A stretch of DNA of 51,843 nt from Octopus bimaculoides (Eukaryota): positions 31,096,905 to 31,148,747 of the forward strand of contig NC_069003.1 in the NCBI RefSeq assembly GCF_001194135.2, read 5' to 3'. A program made the translations under genes and the position numbers. Shown piece by piece: positions 11,926 through 21,972 of the stretch; positions within the stretch are counted from its first letter, which is position 1; each line of letters begins with the position of its first letter. The notes under the pieces are model-generated. The model ran no database searches. It saw only the letters and a list, made by a program, of their open reading frames with translations, and was not told the DNA's origin.

Positions 11926-12469
11926 CACCTTTTACTTACAAACAATGTAAAATATGCTTTTCTATGTTTGTTTGTTTGTTTCCTTATTTTGCTTCCCCTC
12001 CTAAGTGCTAAACCTCTCCCAACATCAACAGCAGAATCCATTTGAAAATGTGCAACAAGATAAATCAGAGCATTGTGTGTGTGTCCGCATAAGCATGTAG
12101 GCACTCTACTCCGAATGCCTTCCTCTCTCTGCCTTACTCAACGAAGAACTGAGAAACATTATATACATTCTATATCCTATGTGTTGGCATAGTAATCTTT
12201 TACCTTTTTATTTTCTGTTTTTCAGTTTTTTTCAGTTATTTGAATGTGGTCATGCTGGGGCATGATGCAGAAGAATTTTAGTTGAACAAACTGAACCTGG
12301 TAATTTTTCCAGCCCAGGAATTGAAACCACAATCTTATGATCACAAGTGCAACACACTAATCACTAAACCATGCACTTCAGGTGCTGCTGCTTGTGGTGG
12401 TGGTGGTGATGGTGATGATGATGATGGAGGTGGTGGTGGGGATGATGATGATTTCTTTATGAGATGGTA

Positions 12470-12545
12470 AGGTGTGATTTTGAGGGAGATTTGGCTGTTA
12501 TATAGCCAGCAGATTGAGTGACTGTGTTTAAGTTCCTTGTTAAAT
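12470..12545 (+). repeat. Interspersed repeat family F fragment
   Basis: gtgtgattttgagggagatttggctgttatatagccagcag; related to 4340-4363, 7862-7915, 36485-36513, 48505-48560 and 49455-49495. Confidence 0.6.
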
Positions 12546-12653
12546 TATGTTTCCAAGATAGTTTTACTGCCAGTTGATGAACATGTAAACATGAGCATGT
12601 AATGTAAGTTTATGGGACCGTATTCTCTGCATGCAGGAAGACCATTTAAAGTT

Positions 12654-12694
12654 TGCATTATTTACATTATTTACATTCAACGGATATTTTTCGA

Positions 12695-12725
<31 letters not shown>

Positions 12726-12802
12726 GTTCAGGTCACTGCTTGGCATCGAACTCAGAACCTTGGGGTTAGTAGCCTGCACTCTTAATCACTACACCATATG
12801 CC
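12654..12802 (-). mobile_element. SINE family E, left arm: tRNA-like head + (AAT)n + internally deleted body
   Basis: Minus strand 12802-12731: ggcatatggtgtagtgattaagagtgcaggctactaaccccaaggttctgagttcgatgccaagcagtgacc (A-box TGGTGTAGTGA, B-box GTTCGATGCC). The body is an inverted copy of 12845-12867 joined to 12967-12993. Confidence 0.75.
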
Positions 12803-12803
12803 T

Positions 12804-12805
12804 AC

Positions 12806-12854
<49 letters not shown>

Positions 12855-13023
12855 CCATCGAAAAATACCTTAGGAATGAGAACCCAGGTTCGAAATTTCC
12901 CCAAGACACCTGAAGAAGGCTGGAGGGTATATCAGCCGAAACGTTAACAACAAACAAGATGAGGGCAAATATACGTTGAATGTAAATAATGCACATAATT
13001 CCTAATCTTTTAAATATCGAACT
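12804..13023 (+). mobile_element. SINE family E, right arm: headless body carrying a hammerhead motif
   Basis: (AAT)n followed by ..atcgaaaaataccttaggaatgagaacccaggttcgaaatttccccaagacac-CTGAAGA..GAAACG..; 58 nt (12888-12945) identical to 18496-18553. Confidence 0.75.
12905..12945 (+). ncRNA. Minimal type I hammerhead ribozyme core, stem I 3' strand deleted
   Basis: gacac CUGAAGA a GGCUG-gagggtatat-CAGCC GAAA CG UU; lacks the gtgtt present in the 18.5-kb copy. Confidence 0.5.
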
Positions 13024-13384
13024 GCATTGAAAGTTTATTGATCTTCCAGTATAACAATGAATCTATTCTTATAATGGCTGGCTGTTTTTCTACACAGAAA
13101 ACAAAATCTCATTTGTTAATTCATTTCAGTTTATAGGGGATTCTGTGTTAGAAGATTTGATATACATTTGTATACATATCATAAGGTTAGATTTAAGCCT
13201 GTAGACATAACAGCTATATTCATCACAGATTTAGATACATCATCATCATCATCATCATCAATTTTTTGTTTTTTTGTTTCTTTTACATGTCTGTTTTCTA
13301 AGTTGGTATGGGTGGTCATCCCATCACAAACTGAATATCATATTTCCCAGCATACAAGTCGAGATTTTCAGAGCAGAATTTACA

Positions 13385-13500
13385 CACAAATGCACGCACA
13401 CACACACACACACACTCACTCACACATGCACACACTCACTCACACATGCACACACTCACTCACACATGCACACACTCACAGACACGCACACATGTACAAA
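13385..13500. repeat. (CA)-derived minisatellite, about 20-bp unit cacactcactcacacatgca
   Basis: Three to four tandem units visible. Confidence 0.8.
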
Positions 13501-14121
13501 TGTACAAAGGAATATAGGGTTTTATAAAATGCAAGCAGATATCTTATGAGCACCCTGTTCTAATCTGAACTGGTTAATGATATAAAACGGTAAGAAACAT
13601 TAGGAATGAAGTTGAAGAAACAATTACCGTTTTAGTCCCATTTGACTGTTAAATCGTGATTTCTCTTTGAAGGATTTCATATAAAATTCCAGAATATATT
13701 AGAAAGTCATAATAAAGAAAGGAAAATTAAGCAACTTTAATTAAAATATTGGAATATTTTAATTAAAGATGCATAATTCTCCATTCTTTATTAAGTCTGA
13801 ATAAATTTTAAACAATAATGTAACCCCATATTTAATCAATAAAAATTTCTTCAAAACACCTCCCTACCGCAACCCAACCTACATCTTAATTACCAAAGGA
13901 AGATTTTAACTCAACAGAAACTATACAAAGTCAAGAATTAACTTCAATGCATCGCAATCCAACGGTGGCTTACCTGGCTGAAACTTTGAAGTCACTGTCA
14001 ATAATATTCTTGTATAAGAATAATAAATTTGTACTCTACAAAAGCATAGAGCAAACCTTCAGATTAAAGTAAAATAACTTTTATTATAACTGAACATAAA
14101 AAACAAACATTAACAGAATAT

Positions 14122-14200
14122 ATGGCTCAGTGGTTAGGGTGTTATACACATGATCGCTAGATCATGGTTTCAGTTCTTAGACCGGGTGGTGCATTTATTC
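14122..14200 (+). mobile_element. SINE family D head fragment
   Basis: tggctcagtggttagggtgttatacacatgatcgctagatcatggtttcagttcttagaccgggtggtgcatt; similar to the heads at 38.24, 45.0 and 21.9 kb. Confidence 0.55.
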
Positions 14201-14341
14201 ATTGACTGCAAGTCACAACATGCACAGATCAGAATTGGGTCCCTAGATCCATGAAGCTCCCAACCGGATCAGAACTGGGCCCCTGGACAAATGCCCAGTG
14301 TGGCTATGCCTTAAGACAGTACTGGTTGCTATGATTGCTAC

Positions 14342-14536
14342 CAGTGGTGTCTGGTGGTTGTTGTATTGGATGTGGCAGCACACCCAGTGCCACCAAATTT
14401 CAAGCAGGGTTATAACAAAAGTTTTCCATTAAGATTTGTGATTAAATTAATGAGTAAGGTTAATATTTATAATGTATTTGCTACTTTTAGGATGGGTGTG
14501 CAGGCACACCTAGCACACCCAGAATATACGTCCCTG
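14342..14536. mobile_element. hAT-like MITE with perfect 8-bp target-site duplication
   Basis: TSD attgctac at 14334-14341 and 14537-14544; termini cagtggtgt / acgtccctg (imperfect TIR); inverted subterminal gcacaccc / gggtgtgc. Confidence 0.75.
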
Positions 14537-15149
14537 ATTGCTACACGAAACATCTTCAAGAAACTTCTGAACTGAGACTTGTTCCTTGGTAAACATATAT
14601 TTTTTTTTTTGTAGGTTTATATTCTCAACAAAATTATGCTGTTGTTGGTTATGAAAATAATAATTATTTTAGATCGTTCTGGAACTAAATAATGATTTCT
14701 TTTCTAAACACTTTGAAAGGAAACTGATTTATACAAGTTATCTAAATGAATTAGACAAGAAATATTAACTCTGACAAAAAAAATTAAAACAAAAATATAA
14801 TACGTCAATTAGATTCACTACCAAAGAAAAATAGATTGGTTTTTTTTCTGTGTGAGAGAGTCAAAGAACTAAAGCAAAACAAAAAAAAAAAAAGGAGAAA
14901 AAATGGTGATGCACCAAATCAAGAATGCAAAACTGATTGGGAAATTCTTACATTATAATTTTAAAGTAATTTGGATTGTATAAATAGGGAAGAAAGTACT
15001 TTTTTTAATAAACATTTTTTTTTGCTGTCTTTTTTAGGGTGTTGTTTTGTTGTTTTTTTTACCATCTTTGACAGAAATTAAAAATGAAGTAAATAAACTT
15101 GAAGTTTAATGAGATTAATTTTGTTTTGTTTTGTGTTGTATTGTGTTTG

Positions 15150-15430
15150 TATGCGTGTGAATGTGTGTGTGTGTGAATGTGTGTGAGTGAACGTGTGCAT
15201 GCGTGAATGTGTGAGAATGTGTGTGTAAATGTGTGTGTAAATGTGTGTGTGAAAGTGTGTGTGAATGTTTGTGTGTGTGAATGTGTACATGTGAGAATGC
15301 TTGCATGTGTGAATGTGTGTATGTGTGTGAATATTTGTGTGTGTGAATGTGTGTGTGTGAATTGTATGTACGTGTACAATGCGTGTGTGTGTGTGTGTGT
15401 GTGTGTGCATGCGTGTGAATGTGTGCACGC
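15150..15430. repeat. (GT)-derived tract with about 12-bp period (gtgtgtgtgaat)
   Basis: Regular gaat/aaat interruptions of the GT repeat. Confidence 0.85.
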
Positions 15431-15897
15431 TTTGTGTTTTCTCTCAGACATTCGTCTCAACTAAATGAAATTAAATTGTTCCAATTATAACAACTGAAAT
15501 TGTCATTAAGAGATAAAAATTAATACATAAATAAAACATCTTCTTCTCCAAACAGAATTTGTTGTTCTTAAAAAAATATAGATATTTGTTTATCAAAGAA
15601 AGATAGACAAAAACCACACAAATAAAACGAATAAGATTATGTATGAAACGAAAAAGAAGAGACAGAGAAACAAACAACGCACAAAGCCAGACAAACGAAA
15701 TCTTTGTCTGCAAATTGTAGAAATATTAAACATAGACACCAACAATTAAACACGATGGTCATAATCATCATCATTAGTATCATTATCACCATCATCATCA
15801 TCCTTCATTCTCTTTCCATGCTGGTATGGGTTAGATGATAATCATTGATAATGAGGAAGCACATAATGACAGTCATCTGTGAAGAGAAAGCAATCAG

Positions 15898-15928
<31 letters not shown>

Positions 15929-15929
15929 C

Positions 15930-16137
15930 TGGTTTCAAATTTTGGAATGTGACCAGCAAATTTCGAGGGAAGGGTTAAGTCGATTCTTCGACCCCCAGGA
16001 CTCAACTGGTACTTATTTTATTGACCTTCAGGTGATGAAAGGCAAAGTCAACCTTGGCGGAGTTTGAACTCACGGATGAAAAGGCCGCTAAGCATTTTGC
16101 CCAGCGTGCTTAACAATTCTGCCAGCTCGCTACCTTG
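15930..16137 (-). mobile_element. SINE family B, full length
   Basis: Matches other B copies end to end. Confidence 0.8.
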
Positions 16138-16158
16138 CACACACACACACATATATAT

Positions 16159-16213
<55 letters not shown>

Positions 16214-16382
16214 TGCAGCTTATAAGTAAACATAACAATAAACCTAATAATATCATTAACTGAACACAACAACATGTCTACCTTTGGTTGGAAATTCACC
16301 AAGTTACTGGTGTAAACAGTCGTCGTTAGGCAGGAAGGTGTTCTTTCACCGAGCCTTTTCAGTGTGTTTTTAGGACACATAC

Positions 16383-16990
16383 TGATGGAAGCACTTAAGT
16401 CTTCTGAAGCAAATGATGATGTAGGAGATAGAGAAGTCAGAATCTCTTGTTTTGCTGCTGATATTGATTCGGTAAAACAATGAGGAACTTGAACAAAAAA
16501 CTAAAAAAATATGTTTTGATATTGCAGCATGCAAATACAGAATGGAAAGGTTGGGTTGGAAATAAAAGGCAAAAATAATGAGAACAAGTCACAAACAAAA
16601 TAGTCGCTCCTATTGAAAATAAAAGGGAAGATTCACAAACATGTTTATGAATTTAAATATTTGAGAAGAACAAACAATAATGAAAGATGGGAGGTTAAAG
16701 AAGGGAACAAAAATGCTGAATTGCGATAGCTACAGTGGTTTCACCAAAATGCAATTGATTAGAAAATTTAAAAAAGTTCAATAACAGTAAAAATTCTTGT
16801 TTTTTTTTTTTTTCTAAGAATTTTCGCAACAGTAATTTCAACTGCACTTTATGGGTGTGAATTATGGAGCTTAGATGCTGAAAATGAGAGAAAAAAAATA
16901 ATGGCTTTTAAAATGAAATGTTATAGAGAGAATCTTTCATATTCCATACAGCGAAGATCAAACTTATGGGAGAATGTCAATAGAGAAATT
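16383..16990 (+). mobile_element. Decayed RTE-clade LINE, RT domain to C-terminus
   Basis: LMEALKSSEANDDVGDREVRISCFAADID (FADD motif as FAAD, 16451-16462); KIKGKIHKHVYEFKYL; ATVISTALYGCELWSLDAENERKKIMAFKMKCYR (LYGCExW..AFEMxCYR pattern). Confidence 0.75.
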
Positions 16991-17009
16991 TTTTAGAGAA
17001 AACTGAAAG

Positions 17010-17260
17010 TGCAGGCATGGCTGTGTGGTTAAGAGACTTGATTTGCAACCATGTGTTTTGAGGTTCAGTTCTAATGTGCAGCACCTTGAGCAAATGTTGC
17101 CTATTATAGCTCTGGCAAAAATGAGTTATACCTGAAATTCAAAGGGCCAGTCTTAACACTTCTATGCCACATTGAATCTCCTCAAGAACTACATTAAGAG
17201 TAACCATTTCTGGGAATTGCTTAGCTGCTTCCATGTTAATTCCACAAGCAAGCTGTTCCA
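17010..17260 (+). mobile_element. Chimeric SINE fragment: family A head (17010-17113) + family D body (17115-17260)
   Basis: The second part aligns with 38350-38490 (aaatgagtt.tacctg..caaag..ccagtctt..). Confidence 0.6.
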
Positions 17261-17606
17261 TTTGACTGTGGCCATGCTGGAGCACCACCAACAGTCGAAC
17301 AAATCAATCCCAGGATTTATTCTTTGTAAGCCTTGTACTTATTCTACCAGTCTCTTTTGCTGAACCACTAATGTTACGGCGACGTAAACACACCAGCATC
17401 GGTTGTCAAGTGATGGTGGAGGGACAAACACACACATATATACGACGGGCTTCTTTCGGTTTCCGTCTACCAAATTCACTCACAAGGCTTTGGTCGGCCT
17501 GAATCTATAGTAGAGGACACTCACCCATGGTGTCACACAGTGGGACTGAAGCTGGAACCATGTGGTTGGTAAGCAAGCTACTTACCACACAGCCACTCCT
17601 GCACCT
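17261..17606 (-). mobile_element. SINE family A, near full length
   Basis: Head at 17530-17606; extreme 3' end truncated. Confidence 0.85.
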
Positions 17607-17609
17607 ATT

Positions 17610-17739
17610 TTTTGTACCCTTTTTAATACAATTCCTAATAATATTCAATTATTAAAATATTCTTGAAACATCAAATACTCATTTGCATAAAATAAGACTT
17701 AAAGGGGTCCATAGGTTAAAAAATGGTTGAGAACCACTA
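17610..17739 (+). mobile_element. Right end of hAT (Charlie-like) MITE
   Basis: ..aaaggggtccataggttaaaaaatggttgagaaccact; same family as 36230-36485. Confidence 0.7.
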
Positions 17740-18512
17740 AAGGCTTCCTTGTTGGAAATTCAGAAAGGAAAAATACTAACAGAATATCTTTGCAAGTATT
17801 CCTCTTACCATGATTTCCTGCCAATTAATACTGGTTCATAGAAATTTATAAATACGTTTAGAAGACAACCAAGGATCCATCTTGAGCTTTTTAATGGATA
17901 GAAAGCATCATGTGCTCTCTTAGTCATCCATGAAGAATTAATAGTACTTTGATAAATAGCTCTAGGAATCCCACCTCTCACTTCATTGAACTGAATGGAA
18001 TGGTTTCCAAATGCCAATGCAACAGCAAGTCAAATGAAAAACTGAAAGTGTCCAGTTGTATGTTAAAGCAGAGGGGGGCATAGAGAGAGAGACAGACAGA
18101 CAGACAGAAAGTGAGAGAAAGAGTGAGAGAGAAAGAGAGAAAGATAATGAGAAAAAGAAAGACAAAGAGAAAGAAAGAGTGAGATGTTAACTTCTGGGAA
18201 TACTGAAGAAATGTATGGCAGGCCTTTGATATTCTGAAAGAATAGTTGTTCCTCATTAGAGTTTTGAAATGCATTCCAGCTAATAATTATTAACTGAACA
18301 ACAGAGAGGCATTTCTCTGAAATTAAATATGGCTTTCAAACATTTATAAAGGTGCCATAAGTGGGTTTGCTAAAACAAAATCAGATTGCTATTGGTTGCT
18401 GCTGCATTGCCAGAAGTTAGCTATGATTGTGCTGATATATATGACCAAAGGCTTTACAGCAATGACCATTATGTCATTTGAGAAGTATGTCTAAAGTTCG
18501 AAATTTCCCCAA

Positions 18513-18558
18513 GACACCTGAAGAAGGCTGGAGGGTATATCAGCCGAAACGTTGTGTT
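18513..18558 (+). ncRNA. Minimal type I hammerhead ribozyme motif (complete)
   Basis: Stem I gacac/gtgtt; core CUGAAGA + extra A; stem II GGCUG/CAGCC with 10-nt loop; GAAA; palindromic stem III (AACGUU); GUU cleavage triplet at 18551-18553. Confidence 0.65.
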
Positions 18559-18583
18559 ATTATTTTCGCTGTTATCACTGTCA

Positions 18584-18935
18584 CTTTAAGGCTAGCAGAA
18601 TGGCTAACATGCTGGACAAAACACTTAGTGGCGTTTCATCCATCTTTATGTTCTGAGTAGAAATTCCACCGGGGTCAACTTTGCCTTTCATTTTATTTTT
18701 TTTTTGTCTACTCCTAGGTGTTGAAGGGCTGGCTTCCACCCTTAGGAAATTATAGTTTTCCTTTTACAAGTTCTCCAATGTAAAAAAAAAGAGGGGAGGC
18801 TTTACTTCTCATCCTTTTGGGATTGATAAAAGAAGCACCAGTCAAGTCAAGCACTGGGGTCACTGTAATTGACTTACCATCTTCCCTCAAAAAATTCAGG
18901 TCTTGTGCCCCATGGTAGAAAGCTTTTTACTGTCG
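18584..18935 (+). mobile_element. SINE family B interrupted by an about 120-bp insertion (18692-18809)
   Basis: The 5' half ends ..gcctttcat; the element resumes catccttttgggattgataaa. Confidence 0.7.
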
Positions 18936-19027
18936 CTCTCTTCCAAATTATTTATTTGTGAAAAATCACCTGCTAATTGCTCACTGTATTGTTCATTTTC
19001 TTCTTTCTTTTGTACATTTAGTTGTGT

Positions 19028-19259
19028 TATTTCTTTACTACTCACAAGGGGCTACACACAGAGAGGACAAATAAGGACAGACAAAGGGACTAAGTCGATT
19101 ACATCGACCCCAGTGCATAACTGGTACTTATTTAATCGACCCCGAAAGAATGAACGGCAAAGTCGACCTCAGCAGAATTTGAACTCAGAATGTAGCGGCA
19201 GACGAAATACTGCTAAGCATTTCGCCCGGCGTGCGAACGTTTCTGCCAGCTCGCCTTGC
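19028..19259 (-). mobile_element. SINE family B (B2 tail variant) with 14-bp TSD
   Basis: TSD acatttagttgtgt at 19014-19027 and 19260-19273; CpGs largely intact. Confidence 0.9.
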
Positions 19260-19589
19260 ACATTTAGTTGTGTCTCTTGGTTTAGTGTTGCTTCTTTTTA
19301 TAGTTAATGTAGTTTTGTCATGTGACATAATTATGTGCGACAACCATTATGGATGTAGAAATTCATGCTTGTAAATATAATTTCGAAAGTTTGTGAAACA
19401 AACTTCTTATTTTTCCTGTTGTCTACTCCTAGGTGTTGAGGGGCTGCCCCCGCTCCCTTAGGAAATCATAGCTTTCTTTTTTACAAGTACTCCAATGAAA
19501 ATTTCATTTTGTAATGCTTGAATAAACCGTGTCTCAAACGGAGAAGCAAAAACATCACCACACCAGGAGAGTCAGATGTAATGATAACA

Positions 19590-19756
19590 ACAACAGCAAT
19601 AACAACAACAATAATAATGATGACAACGATGACGATGATGATGATGATTATGATAGTTTTAATAATAGTAATAATAATAATAATCCTTTCTACTATAGGC
19701 ACAAATAATAATAATAATAATAATAATCATCAATAATAATAATAATAATAATAATA

Positions 19757-19809
<53 letters not shown>

Positions 19810-19930
19810 GGTAATGGTGGTGGTGAGGATGATGGTGGTGGTGGTGGTGGTGGTGGTAAGGATGATGATGATGATGATGATGATGATAATAATAATGATG
19901 ATGATGATGATGATGATGGTAATAATGATG
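19590..19930. repeat. (AAT)/(GAT)/(GGT) trinucleotide mosaic
   Basis: Adjacent pure runs; a similar tract lies at 20390-20600. Confidence 0.95.
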
Positions 19931-20405
19931 TTTTTCAGAATCAGCTTCCATTGTGCTCACATAATAGTCCAACAAAATTTGGTTTCTCCCAAGGAAGGAT
20001 GTTCATTCTGATTTGCATTCGAGTCAGCAATTTTGAAGCAATGACGACAAAAGAATGGACAATTTCAGATTAGATATGCCTAAATGATTGATTTAAAAAA
20101 AAAATTTCTGGCTTTTCATTGTCAGGCAGAATCTTCCGAACAAGTGCACACACACACACATGTTTGCACAGTCTGCACATACACACACTCATACATGTGC
20201 ATATACACACATGCATATACACACACACACACACATTGAGTCGCACAAATGTTTCTCATTGAGATTTAATAGCGCCAGCGAAATCTGTTGAATTTCTCAC
20301 AATGAAAGAATTTGAATGGCTAAACAGTTCTTAAATAGATTATTCTTCCATAAGAAAGAAGAATACCTAGAAGAAAAATGCAAATAATAAATAATAATAA
20401 TAATA

Positions 20406-20444
<39 letters not shown>

Positions 20445-20995
20445 GTGATGATAATGATGTTGATGATGATGATGATGACAATGATAAAAATAACTACAAT
20501 GATGATGATGGTGAGATGATGATGACGATCTCCATGGCGATGACGATGACAATGATGATGATGATTGTCATGATCATGATGATGATAAAGGTGAGAAAGA
20601 GAATGTAACAACAGAGCGAGAAGAAATCGAAACTGAAAAAGAAAAAAGAAAAAAAAGAAAGAAAGAAAGAAAGAAAGAAAAAAAAAGCAATATTTTTCTT
20701 AAGCCAATTCAAATAGCTGTCAAAGAGATTCTATTAATATTGTATGATGTTTATGATAAACCCCTTAATATCATCTGTTTTGTCTTCATTGTTAGTATGA
20801 TTTGAAACAGATGAAAGAATTTTACAGCTTTACTACTTGTCAAATTCTAAAGTGATTCGCTTCTCAAAGCAAATATACCTTGAACCAAACCAATGTTTAC
20901 AAGTTATTTTCCTATTTATCAGCTGTCTTCAAAAGTTGCACACCATACGCACAAATACATAATATACATACATATATATATAATATATACATTAT

Positions 20996-21026
<31 letters not shown>

Positions 21027-21384
21027 TAGTATACGTACAAAATAAGTTATAATCATGAAAGTGTAGCGTTTGAAGATAAAACCTTGCTGCCAACAATCAA
21101 AAGATCTCTATATTAATATATAATCATACACAACGATGTCCAGAATAGACCATAATTCATTACACAGCACCTTACATTATATGTCTTTGAAAATCTCTTC
21201 GGAAACCGGTCAAGTATATTCATATATTTAGAAATATAATTGAATTTTAGTTAATTCTAATTCATTCTATGTGCATTTTCAACTTCATTTCTTCTATTGC
21301 TCCACTTGTTTGGATTACTCTTTTACTTGTTTCAGTCTTTTGACTGTGGCCATGCTGGATTTATAACAATATATATATATATAT

Positions 21385-21972
21385 CATCATCATATAACGT
21401 CTGTTTTCCATGCTGGCATGGGTTGGACGGTTTGATAGGAGCTGACTGGCTGAAGAGCTGCTCGAACTCCCTGTCTACTTCGGCATGGTTTCTCTGGTTG
21501 GATGCCCTTCCTAATGCCAACCACTTAAGAGAGTGTATTGAGTGCTTTTACACAGCACTTGTACAGTTGCTTTTTATGTGGTACCAGCACCTATGAGCCC
21601 ACAAGATTAAGGATGCTCGGCAGGGGAGGGTTTCAGGGTACGAGCCTATATGAAAGTGAAACCACTCTTTTACTTAGCTTCACATATTTTTTCAGGCACA
21701 GCAAACCACCAGGAGTTTCGGTCCCCAGTTACCCCTTCTGTGAGTCCCAACATCTGTATATCCTGGCATAAGGGAAAGGCAAAAGCCAAGACTGAGGCTG
21801 ATACAGTTTGGCACCAGTAATGTCACAACTCATTTCTACAGCTGAGTGAACTGGAGTAACATGAAATAAAGTGTCTTGCTCAAGAACATAGCACACAGCC
21901 CAGTCCAGGAATCGAACTCACTACCTCATGATTATGAGCCTGACACTCTAACTACTAAGCTATGTGCCTTCT
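21385..21972 (-). mobile_element. Full-length composite SINE: D-type tRNA head + middle + family C RTE-like tail
   Basis: Head (gagttcgattcc B-box at about 21910-21922), ..cttgagcaagacactttatttca.. domain, then ggttggcattaggaagggcatcc and ..ccaacccatgccagcatggaaaacagacgt..gatgatgat tail. Confidence 0.75.

Noticed and set aside
12731-12802. tRNA gene
   Set aside because: A and B boxes are present, but acceptor, anticodon and T stems do not pair properly and it runs directly into a repeat body; treated as a SINE head. The same applies to the A, B and D heads.
18198-18252. CUGAAGA..GAAA with possible ggaata/tgttcc stem I
   Set aside because: Extra bases before GAAA and no valid stem III or cleavage triplet; likely chance.
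19938-20072. 44-codon open frame after tttttcag (NQLPLCSHNSPTKFGFSQGR..)
   Set aside because: No convincing donor, no recognisable product; an open frame of this length is expected by chance.
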